NCBI RefSeq assembly: GCF_048594605.1
Contig: NZ_JBMDWV010000364.1
Coordinates: 5,916 to 69,915, forward strand
DNA from: Spirosoma sp.
GTDB lineage: Bacteria; Bacteroidota; Bacteroidia; Cytophagales; Spirosomataceae
Reading direction: 5' to 3'
Length of the DNA: 64,000 nt
Part shown: in pieces, positions 9,755 through 17,579 of the stretch
Position numbering within the stretch: position 1 is the first letter of the stretch
Layout of the letters: every line of letters begins with the position of its first letter
Notes under the pieces: model-generated
Databases searched by the model: none
Told to the model about the DNA's origin: nothing
What the model saw: the letters and a program-made list of their open reading frames with translations, nothing else
Translations under genes and position numbers: made by a program

Positions 9755-10822
9755 TCAATCAGCGAATTGAATAGACAACGCGGCTCGATACGTATCGCTG
9801 CGCTCTTCGGTCTGAAGGCTGTAGCGTCCGGGGTACAGTAACTCCAGTCGTTTTCGCAAATTGGTTAGTCCAATGCCTCCTTTCGGAGCTTCTGTTGCGC
9901 TGGCGGGTTTATTGTTTTCGACGGTCATTTCGATCGCTGTCGAGTTTAGAGTCAGCGTACCGTGCAGCCACGAATTTTCCGATTGCCTGCCGACGCCATG
10001 TTTAAATGCATTCTCAACCAGGGGCAGCAGCAATAGCGGAGCAATTTCCTGACCGTTGGGCTTCCCATTGATTTTTAAAGCAATATCCGACTGGTCACCG
10101 CAGCGTATTTTTTCCAGTTCAATGTAATTCTGTAAATAACCGATTTCTTTTTCGAGTGGCACTTTGGCGTCGTCGCTGTCGTAAAGCATATACTCCATCA
10201 TTTCCGATAGTTTCAGCACCATATCGGGAGCGAGATCTGACTTTTTGAGCGTCAAGGCATAGAGGTTATTCAGGATATTGAACAGAAAATGCGGGTTCAC
10301 CTGTGAACGTAGAAAGTTGACCTCCGCCTGTAACTTTTCGACGGCAATTTTCTGAAGAGTGCGTTGCTGCTCGTACCAGTCGATGCTCAATTTCAGCGGC
10401 ACCATCAGACCGAGATACCACAGCGTACTGAAAAAATTGTACGACAGCGTTTCTACCCAATCGCGGTTTCGCGTGGGAGCAATGATAAAGCCATAAATGA
10501 CAAAGTCGTAAACTGTCTGAACGAATAAATAACCCAGAATAGAAAGAATCACTAAGCTAAAATACCGCCAATAGCGACCAGTAAGCAGATAACGTGGCAG
10601 AAAATAGTGGATGTTCAGGTAGGCAATGGCAATCAGCAACACCACCCGGATGATTACACAGGCTGCAAAATATGGTAGACCGGCCTTATAGAGCAGGTAG
10701 CGTTTTTCGTAAAGGAAAAATCCGGTAATAAGCACCCAATATGCTGTGTGAACGAGGGCATATTTAACCGTAGTTGTACGGTTTGTTAAGGGTATTTTTA
10801 GTCGGCGATCCAGAAAATCCAT
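9755..10822 (-). CDS. LytS-type sensor histidine kinase
   Basis: N-terminal TM helices, then QVNPHFLFNILNNLY, LPLVENAFKHG and GGIGLTNLRKRL. Likely start is ATG 10822 (MDFLDRR). Confidence 0.93.
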   Translation of the reverse strand: MDFLDRRLKIPLTNRTTTVKYALVHTAYWVLITGFFLYEKRYLLYKAGLPYFAACVIIRVVLLIAIAYLNIHYFLPRYLLTGRYWRYFSLVILSILGYLFVQTVYDFVIYGFIIAPTRNRDWVETLSYNFFSTLWYLGLMVPLKLSIDWYEQQRTLQKIAVEKLQAEVNFLRSQVNPHFLFNILNNLYALTLKKSDLAPDMVLKLSEMMEYMLYDSDDAKVPLEKEIGYLQNYIELEKIRCGDQSDIALKINGKPNGQEIAPLLLLPLVENAFKHGVGRQSENSWLHGTLTLNSTAIEMTVENNKPASATEAPKGGIGLTNLRKRLELLYPGRYSLQTEERSDTYRAALSIQFAD

Positions 10823-10904
10823 GGTGTTTTCTGATTTGTAATTCGATGTAAATGAACACAAAAGAAAAACACCCTGAAAATTATATAGAGCAACACCCAA
10901 AAAA

Positions 10905-10960
10905 GTAGATGAACGAAAACAACGCTTGCTATTCGTCTACTTTTCAGGATGTTGGTCTAC
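10905..10960. promoter_or_regulatory. Candidate LytTR-type operator repeats in the divergent intergenic region
   Basis: TTCGTCTAC (10932) and TTGGTCTAC (10952) are direct repeats 20 bp apart, with an inverted copy GTAGATGAA at 10905. Confidence 0.5.
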
Positions 10961-11030
10961 TATTTTTTGCGATGAAATTTGTCCGTAGTTGCTTTGTCCA
11001 GGATTTCCGAAAACACCATCAAACCTATTC

Positions 11031-11669
11031 ATGATGAAAACCCAACAAGTCAAACTGCTGGTTGCTACGTTGTTTGTTACGTTAATAAGCTTCGGGCAGG
11101 ATAAAAAAGTTGGCGGCCCCTGCGAAGGCTGTGAGGCTATTCACGAAAGTCCGGTTCCATTCAACAAACTGGAAGCCGTCGTCAAACTCCCCGACGCTAC
11201 GTGGGACGGCAAGAAGCCACTGGGAATAAATGGCGTCGTTTATAAAGCCGATGGAAAAACGCCCGCCCCAAACGTAATCATCTACGTGTATCACACCGAC
11301 CAGACCGGGCACTATACGACAAAAGCGGACGCTAAAGGCTGGGAGAAACGACACGGTTCCATTCGCGGCTGGATGCGTACAAACGAAAAAGGCGAGTACA
11401 AATTCGTTACGTTACGTCCGGCACCGTACCCCGGTCATTCGGACCCGGCGCATATTCATGTAACAATTAAAGAACCTGGCCTGCCGGAGTATTACATCGA
11501 CGAATACGTGTTTGACGATGACCCATTACTGACGCCAGAGAAACAGCAGAAACTTGATAATCGGGGCGGTAGCGGTATTCTGAAGCTTAAAGATGTTGGT
11601 AATATGTACAAAACGGAACGACATATCTACCTCGGCAAAAATATTCCCAACTACCCTACAAGCCAGTAG
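11031..11669 (+). CDS. Intradiol ring-cleavage dioxygenase-like secreted protein
   Basis: Signal peptide, CEGC, IIYVYHTDQTGHY, RPAPYP and PAHIH (Tyr/Tyr/His/His iron-ligand pattern). Start ATG 11031 or 11034. Confidence 0.85.
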   Translation: MMKTQQVKLLVATLFVTLISFGQDKKVGGPCEGCEAIHESPVPFNKLEAVVKLPDATWDGKKPLGINGVVYKADGKTPAPNVIIYVYHTDQTGHYTTKADAKGWEKRHGSIRGWMRTNEKGEYKFVTLRPAPYPGHSDPAHIHVTIKEPGLPEYYIDEYVFDDDPLLTPEKQQKLDNRGGSGILKLKDVGNMYKTERHIYLGKNIPNYPTSQ

Positions 11670-11676
11670 ATTGCTG

Positions 11677-12054
11677 CTACGTATTGACAATCGGCTGACC
11701 GAATCGTAGCGTATTGCCGCTAGGGTCTGTTACGTAAAATTCCCGCATGCCCCACGTCTGATCGACAGGGTCATGATGTACAGGAGAATTCTCCCGTCCT
11801 GATGCATCCAGTCCTCGTGCAACGTAGTAGCGAAACAACGTATCGACATCGAGAACCCGCACATTCGCTACGTTGCCAAATAACGTATCGCTTTCCAGCG
11901 TAGTGAGCTGAAGTTCAGCCACGCCATTGACCAGGTTCACTACCCAATCGCTGGCCGATGCGTGCGGATATTTAAGTGTAAAGTCGAGAATCGTCGTATA
12001 GAACGTAATGGCTTCGGGCATATTTCGACACTTGAACAACGGGATTAGTTTCAT
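11677..12054 (-). CDS. VOC/glyoxalase/bleomycin-resistance family protein
   Basis: AITFYTTILDF and DQTWGMREFYVTDPSGNTLRF. Confidence 0.88.
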   Translation of the reverse strand: MKLIPLFKCRNMPEAITFYTTILDFTLKYPHASASDWVVNLVNGVAELQLTTLESDTLFGNVANVRVLDVDTLFRYYVARGLDASGRENSPVHHDPVDQTWGMREFYVTDPSGNTLRFGQPIVNT

Positions 12055-12184
12055 AAGCACAGACGTTCATTACGTTAATAATCGACGTTATTTTTGTTGA
12101 CAAATTTTGCTGGTGAAAACTATTCAAGAACTAAGATGAAGCAGTTGTGATCTATTAATCCTGGGTAAAACCAAGGCAGATTTG

Positions 12185-12234
12185 TTATTCTGACGACAGT
12201 AGGAATCTCAACTTTACTACTGTCGTCAGAATAA
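12185..12234. repeat. 18-bp perfect inverted repeat (terminator-like or REP-like)
   Basis: TTATTCTGACGACAGTAG-14 nt-CTACTGTCGTCAGAATAA downstream of the PhnB-like gene. Confidence 0.75.
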
Positions 12235-12272
12235 TAAAAAATACTCAATTGTGAGAAAAATATAAACAGTTT

Positions 12273-12704
12273 CTATTGTTGATTCTCATTATAACTCATC
12301 ATCCATTGTATGCCAAACTTATCGACTAACATTCCAAAATAGTCGCCCCAAAACGTGTCGTTCATCGGCATGGTGACCTGGCCATTTACAGACAGACTAT
12401 TGAAAATTCTATCCGCTTCTTCTTTCGTTTCGGCAGTAATCGAGACTGAAAAATTGTCGCCCTTTACAAAAGAATTTCCGTACGCTTCGAGGTTGTCACT
12501 TCCCATCAGAATGGATTCGCCGATGGGTAACGATACGTGCATTATTTTGTTTTTGTCCTTTTCAGGGACTTTATAGTCGTCGCTCTCAGGCACTTCCTCA
12601 TATCGACCTACGTAATTAAATTCTCCATCGAATACGGATTTATAAAAATTAAATGCCTCTTCGCAATTTCCGTCAAAATGTAAATACGTGTTTGTAGTAG
12701 CCAT
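12273..12704 (-). CDS. PhnB-like VOC family protein
   Basis: YLHFDGNCEEAFNFYKSVF, IMHVSL and TFWGDYFGMLVDKFGIQWM. Confidence 0.92.
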   Translation of the reverse strand: MATTNTYLHFDGNCEEAFNFYKSVFDGEFNYVGRYEEVPESDDYKVPEKDKNKIMHVSLPIGESILMGSDNLEAYGNSFVKGDNFSVSITAETKEEADRIFNSLSVNGQVTMPMNDTFWGDYFGMLVDKFGIQWMMSYNENQQ

Positions 12705-12773
12705 ATATGTTCATAGTTAAGTTGAAAATTCGAAAAACTGACGTCAAAATGAAGATGTATAAGTGCTTGCTTA

Positions 12774-13271
12774 TCAAGAGACTGTAGCTGGTTTTGTGCG
12801 AATAAAAAGCATAGCGATTGCGGTTGTAGCAACGCCCATTATCAGCGAACCGATTGCCCCCTGAATTGCATAATTTCTGTAGTTGAAATTTGCTTCAGCT
12901 TCAGCGGTTGTTTTGTAATAGCCGATTTCAACCGATCGCTTAATCACATTCGGGAAATAGTCGGGCGTAATCAGGTATGACGTAATCCATTGCGTTATTG
13001 GGCTAAGCAGTGCAATCAATACAGATAAAATAATACCTGAAATCAGACCTTGTTTGTAGGTCATTTTGCCACCGAAGAAATTGTTCTTTTTATCCTTTAG
13101 CGCCAAAGCGATAAACCAGATGGCAGGAATGGCAAACAGATTAGTCAGGTATAAATGATAGTCGATATATTTCCCGTGGAGACCGCTAATTTTTTCCAGA
13201 ATCATCCAGAGCAAAACCATAATTGAAAAGAGGATTGCCCATTTAATTTCGATTTTATAGTTCTCAACCAT
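12774..13271 (-). CDS. DUF4199-like membrane protein
   Basis: EIKWAILF, four TM segments, TY.QGL..G, and ITP.YF.N.I pattern. Confidence 0.75.
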   Translation of the reverse strand: MVENYKIEIKWAILFSIMVLLWMILEKISGLHGKYIDYHLYLTNLFAIPAIWFIALALKDKKNNFFGGKMTYKQGLISGIILSVLIALLSPITQWITSYLITPDYFPNVIKRSVEIGYYKTTAEAEANFNYRNYAIQGAIGSLIMGVATTAIAMLFIRTKPATVS

Positions 13272-13369
13272 TTTGTTTAGATTTAGGAGGATTTTACGAA
13301 GTGATGATGGCGACTCATTAAATGAGAAACTGCTTTACTGCTAACGATGGTAAATGCTCGATTACAGGT

Positions 13370-14008
13370 TTAGCTCAGCAGCGCCCGCAGTTCGTTATCT
13401 TCCTTGTCCAGAAAGTCGATGGGGGGAGTTCCTTCTTTATTGGGTGTGTTTTTATCGGCACCGGCAGCTAATAACAGTTGTACGCAGGCGATCTGATTTC
13501 GGCTGTTCTCCGGTCCACCCTGTTTACTACCATGCACCGCCCACAGGAGTGGCGTACCTTCGAACGTAGTACATCGTCTGTGGATGTCGGCACCCGCTTC
13601 GATGAGCCGCTTCACCAGTTTATCCTGCCCTGTCCACGCAGCCCAGTGCAGAGCCGTCCCACCATAACAGCCGGGATGATTGATCGTGGCCCCTCTGTTT
13701 GCGTATAAAATGCCTACGTTTTCGGCGTATAAACTGGCAGCTGCCAATAGGGGCGTATCCTGATTTTTGACCAGTTCATACCCATCGACGTTAGCCCCGT
13801 GTTCCAGCAGCAGTGTTGCCAACTCGACGGCCTCGTCGTCTGAGTAAATTTTGCTGAATACATCGTCGCAAATGCGGTGAAGCGGATGTGCTTTTGCAGT
13901 GTTGTGGTCATCGTAGGGAAGGCCTTCGTTCGCAAGTGCAGGATTCTGCTCAAGAGCCTGTCTGATGCCCTCAATGTCTTGACTGGCAATAAGTTTACGT
14001 AGCGACAT
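13370..14008 (-). CDS. Ankyrin repeat protein
   Basis: LLEHGANVD, DTPLLAAA, GTALHWAAWTG..LV..LIEAGAD, GTPLLWA and LLAAGAD. Likely start ATG 14008. Confidence 0.9.
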   Translation of the reverse strand: MSLRKLIASQDIEGIRQALEQNPALANEGLPYDDHNTAKAHPLHRICDDVFSKIYSDDEAVELATLLLEHGANVDGYELVKNQDTPLLAAASLYAENVGILYANRGATINHPGCYGGTALHWAAWTGQDKLVKRLIEAGADIHRRCTTFEGTPLLWAVHGSKQGGPENSRNQIACVQLLLAAGADKNTPNKEGTPPIDFLDKEDNELRALLS

Positions 14009-14173
14009 AGTTATGAGTTGTTTACCGTTTGCAGGGATGTTCTGCAATAGTATGACCCACAAAACGTAACCTTTTTACGTTTTGTCTTTTGCAACTTTTT
14101 TTCTACGCGTCTCGCCAATTTTTGAACGTAGTAGTCAGCCAGTCAGTGGATTCTATTCTTATGGGGTGATACT

Positions 14174-14202
14174 TGCTGAAAAATTTTTGAAATTTTTCAG
14201 CA
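14174..14202. repeat. 13-bp perfect inverted repeat (operator or hairpin)
   Basis: TGCTGAAAAATTT-ttg-AAATTTTTCAGCA. Confidence 0.7.
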
Positions 14203-14240
14203 GTCGGTAAACAATTCCGAATTAGCCAGGTTATACATAC

Positions 14241-14352
14241 ATTAAGTCGCTGATAGACGGGGATGCTGTGAAAGGCACCTGATTTTCGATAATAACCGTT
14301 CTACGAAGCGATCTAAAAAAGCCAGGTGACTTCGCGTCGTCTGGCTTTATTT
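14241..14352 (+). ncRNA. Candidate small structured RNA of unknown family
   Basis: ORF-less. Upstream TAAAC-N16-GGTTA promoter-like motif (14208-14233), nested stems and a 3' terminator hairpin. Confidence 0.35.
14315..14352. terminator. Bidirectional terminator (U6 tail on the minus strand, serving the GH32 gene)
   Basis: AAAAAAGCCAG-gt-GAC-ttcgc-GTC-gt-CTGGCTTTATTT. Confidence 0.75.
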
Positions 14353-14493
14353 ATTGAAGCTGTCCAAGGTTTTATTTTGGCTGGTAATTCTGTTAAAAAT
14401 GAATGTATAATTGTCGTCCCGACGCGGGAGAGATTTTATAGCCTGATCAGCTCCAATGTATTATCCGTTGCTTAAACCAAGAATTGACAGTAT

Positions 14494-16143
14494 TTATTTC
14501 CAGATGGATTTGGCTGTGTAGAGTTCAAGGTTTTTGACGTCGATACGATTGCCCCAGAACTGAAGTCCTTCTTTGCTTGTCGATACGGGTTTCCGTTCAA
14601 GCGAATACGAGTAAGCACCCCCGTCGATAAACACCTCAATCGAAGTCCGATCTACATAGATATCGGCTGTAATTTCCATACTGGTCATGTCTTCGGGCGA
14701 GTAAAAAACGCCGTTAACCAGGTTGCTATTCATGTCATAATCCAGTATTCGCTGACCGGAAAGGGAAAGTCCTGCACTGGTAGCGTGCGATAATTTAAGA
14801 GTTGTTTTCAGCCGGAACCGATCCAGAGAAGGCACGGATTTTAACTTTTCGTTGGCTTCGGTACTAGATAGCGACGACCATTGCCCGATCCGATCGAAGA
14901 GTTGCTTGGATTCGGCCACGGGCGTACTGGTCAGGCGCAAACCGTTTTTGGTGTTACGTAGCTGAAGTTCGGTTGGAAGCAGCATCATGTTGTTAAACGG
15001 CATTCCGGGTTGTGCAATACGTCCCCACCCAATCTGAATACGTCGTGGATCGCTTTCAGGCATATTGGCGAAGGTTTGAGCCGCATAAATACTGCCCGTT
15101 GTATAATAATGCTTGCCAGATTCGGGAGTGAAGGTTTTGCCGTCGAACGCGCCCGTCATATACGTAGCAGAAGCCCCGTAGATGACCCATTTGGTACGGT
15201 TCTTATCGCCATCAATGGGCAACTCGAATAAGTCGGGGCATTCCCAGAAACCCGTCAAATGGCTTTGATACGTCCATTCTTTCAGATTCTTAGACGTGTA
15301 GATCGAATGACCATCCCGTTCGTTCAGAACCATCACCCAATGTTGGGAAGGTTTGTACCAGAATACGCGGGGATCGCGCGTGTCTTTGCTGTTCCACTTC
15401 GCTTTTGAGTCGATCAGCGGATTCTTAGCATATTTTGTCCAGGTACGGCCTTTATCCAGGCTATACGCCATGCACTGAACCTGTTTTTCGGGACTGTCGA
15501 CGGTAAAAAAAGCGACCATAGCAGGTACATTTCCCCGGTTAAAGTCAGCCGTGTTGTCATAATCAATGATGGTAGATCCGGAAAACATGGTGCCCATACT
15601 ATCGGGAGAAAGAGCCGTGGGCAACTCCTCCCAATGAATCATATCCTTACTGACGGCATGCCCCCACGACATGTTTTCCCATTCGCGTTCGTACGGATTA
15701 TGCTGATAAAACAGATGGTATTCGCCTTCGTAGAAGATCATGCCATTCGGGTCATTGATCCAGCCCCGACGGGTAGAAAAGTGGTATTGTGGCCTATTTT
15801 TCTCGCTATAGATTGAATCCTGCCCAGCAATGTTATCTGCCTGATAGATTTTACTTAAGCCAGCTACATTGCCGTCATAGCTGATTGTGATGCTCTTGCC
15901 CTGAAGGGCTTTCATGTCGCAAAACACCCAGTAATCGGGTTTATCTGCCGCTAGCCGAATCTTGAACGAACGTTCGGGTTTGTCCTGTAACCTGAACGTC
16001 ATGGTTCCTCTGTTTTGAGCTTGTGCTACAGGCAGGTTCAGATAGCGCTTCGTAATCTGTATGGAAACAGGTTGCGCCTGGAGTGACCAACTGCCAACTG
16101 CTATCAACGTAACGAGGGCTATACACGTAGTAAGTAATTTCAT
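14494..16143 (-). CDS. Glycoside hydrolase family 32 (levanase/beta-fructofuranosidase) with N-terminal DUF4980-like domain
   Basis: GWINDPNG, SWGHAVSKD, FSGS, RDPRVFW and WECPDLF. Signal peptide from ATG 16143. Confidence 0.93.
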   Translation of the reverse strand: MKLLTTCIALVTLIAVGSWSLQAQPVSIQITKRYLNLPVAQAQNRGTMTFRLQDKPERSFKIRLAADKPDYWVFCDMKALQGKSITISYDGNVAGLSKIYQADNIAGQDSIYSEKNRPQYHFSTRRGWINDPNGMIFYEGEYHLFYQHNPYEREWENMSWGHAVSKDMIHWEELPTALSPDSMGTMFSGSTIIDYDNTADFNRGNVPAMVAFFTVDSPEKQVQCMAYSLDKGRTWTKYAKNPLIDSKAKWNSKDTRDPRVFWYKPSQHWVMVLNERDGHSIYTSKNLKEWTYQSHLTGFWECPDLFELPIDGDKNRTKWVIYGASATYMTGAFDGKTFTPESGKHYYTTGSIYAAQTFANMPESDPRRIQIGWGRIAQPGMPFNNMMLLPTELQLRNTKNGLRLTSTPVAESKQLFDRIGQWSSLSSTEANEKLKSVPSLDRFRLKTTLKLSHATSAGLSLSGQRILDYDMNSNLVNGVFYSPEDMTSMEITADIYVDRTSIEVFIDGGAYSYSLERKPVSTSKEGLQFWGNRIDVKNLELYTAKSIWK

Positions 16144-16203
16144 CTGATGCAGGTATATAAATCGGAAGAACACGTAACGCTATTTATACTTTCCCTGCAT
16201 ACT

Positions 16204-16794
16204 TTACTTCTTCAGGATGCCTTTTTCAACACTATCATTGATTAGCTGTTCAGCGTAGCGCCAGATTTGGTCAGAACCCTGTGCGATCACTTGTTTTTTT
16301 GCGTACACCTTTTCATAATTCACGCCGAACTCATTCCAGGTACCGCCATTATTCGACGTATTCTGGAGCAGAGGTTCCAAGCGATCCATGGCTCGGGCAA
16401 ACTTTGCTTCGTTGGTTTGTCCTTCTTCAAACTCTTCCCAAATGGCGGTCAACTCACTGGCTTGATGATCAGGTAATAACCCAAAGATTCGTTTAGCCGC
16501 TTTTCTTTCTTCTTCCGTATTGGTGTGGCTTTTCTGGGTGTCATAAATGAAAGTGTCACCGGCATCTATCTCGACAATATCATGGATCAGAAGCATCTTA
16601 ATAACCCTGAGTAAATCAACCGGAAAATTGGCATGCTCGGCTAAAACCACTGCCATCAAGGCCAAATGCCAGCTATGTTCTGCATCATTCTCGTTTCGAT
16701 CACTATTCAATAGCTTCGTCTTGCGAAGAATGTATTTGAGCTTATCCACTTCCTTGATGAACTCAATCTGCCTGAAAAGATTTGTAGATTTCAT
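16204..16794 (-). CDS. HD domain hydrolase (HD_3/YfbR-like)
   Basis: ENDAEHSWHLALMA, LIHDIVEIDAGD and AKFARAMDRLEP. Confidence 0.92.
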   Translation of the reverse strand: MKSTNLFRQIEFIKEVDKLKYILRKTKLLNSDRNENDAEHSWHLALMAVVLAEHANFPVDLLRVIKMLLIHDIVEIDAGDTFIYDTQKSHTNTEEERKAAKRIFGLLPDHQASELTAIWEEFEEGQTNEAKFARAMDRLEPLLQNTSNNGGTWNEFGVNYEKVYAKKQVIAQGSDQIWRYAEQLINDSVEKGILKK

Positions 16795-16847
16795 CTGTCT
16801 GTATTTTTATGATGAGGCAAAATTGAGGGGTGTGGATGTAAACGCAA

Positions 16848-16861
16848 TTGCCAATTGGCAA
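16848..16861. promoter_or_regulatory. Candidate operator of the adjacent Crp/Fnr-type regulator
   Basis: Perfect palindrome TTGCCAATTGGCAA, 23 bp from a minus-strand CAATTTTG -7 element (16818-16825) in front of the HD gene. Confidence 0.55.
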
Positions 16862-16869
16862 GAAAGACG

Positions 16870-17439
16870 TTAGAGAATGTTTTTTCGTATCCGACTCAAT
16901 GAGGATGGAGTGATGCCCAGATAAGAAGCCAGCATATTGAGCGGGACACGATTGGCCAGTCCTGGGTAATGATCAAGAAAATTCAGGTATCTTTTTTGGG
17001 CGTCCTGCACCAGCATATTGCTGGTAAACTTCAGCTTATTCTCCAGCACGTAGGCCGTGATTTTAACGAATATATCGTGCCATTCGGGAATGAGTGCAGA
17101 AAGCTGAGTAAAGTCGTCTTTGGAGAAGGTCAGAATCTGACAATCTGTGATGGCTTCAATGTACTCAGCTGATGGAATTTCATCGCGAAAACTGTTCATA
17201 TCGACAATGAATCTATTTTCGTAAATAAAGTACCGGGTGAAACTGTCGCCTAGTTTGTCGTAGTAACAAACTCTGAAAATTCCGTCCGTTACGTATCCTA
17301 TCTGAGTGGAAATTTTTCCTGCTTCTGCAAAGTAAGCTCCTTTAGCAATGGTCCTGCGTTTGGCCTTAGCCGCAATCAGTTCCTGTTGTCGAGAGTCAAG
17401 GTACCCAAACTGTCGCAAGTAGGTGAAAAGTTCGTCCAT
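16870..17439 (-). CDS. Crp/Fnr family transcriptional regulator
   Basis: cNMP-binding-like N-terminus (YVTDGIFRVCY) and C-terminal HTH LASYLGITPSSLSRIRK. Confidence 0.93.
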   Translation of the reverse strand: MDELFTYLRQFGYLDSRQQELIAAKAKRRTIAKGAYFAEAGKISTQIGYVTDGIFRVCYYDKLGDSFTRYFIYENRFIVDMNSFRDEIPSAEYIEAITDCQILTFSKDDFTQLSALIPEWHDIFVKITAYVLENKLKFTSNMLVQDAQKRYLNFLDHYPGLANRVPLNMLASYLGITPSSLSRIRKNIL

Positions 17440-17579
17440 TAATCAAAGCTAAGAATGTACACCGCCTGACACAAAACTATAGCAGCAGGGACCATTCCGA
17501 TGTCTTTTTAAAAACGACATCGCCTTATGTTTTTAATGTCTTTGGAGCCAAATGAATACAACCGGTCGGCGCTGGTAGC

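Noticed and set aside
12100-13300. Lower-GC stretch (PhnB-like and DUF4199-like genes) as a mobile island
   Set aside because: It looks more AT-rich by eye, but I found no flanking repeats, att sites or mobility genes, so it cannot be supported as an element.
14256-14300. Resemblance to a TPP riboswitch (ACCTGAT...GATAAT) and to group II intron domain V (GATGC-TGTGAAAG-GCA)
   Set aside because: It lacks the TPP CUGAGA/ACCC core and the AGC catalytic triad stem of domain V. I kept it only as an unknown RNA candidate.
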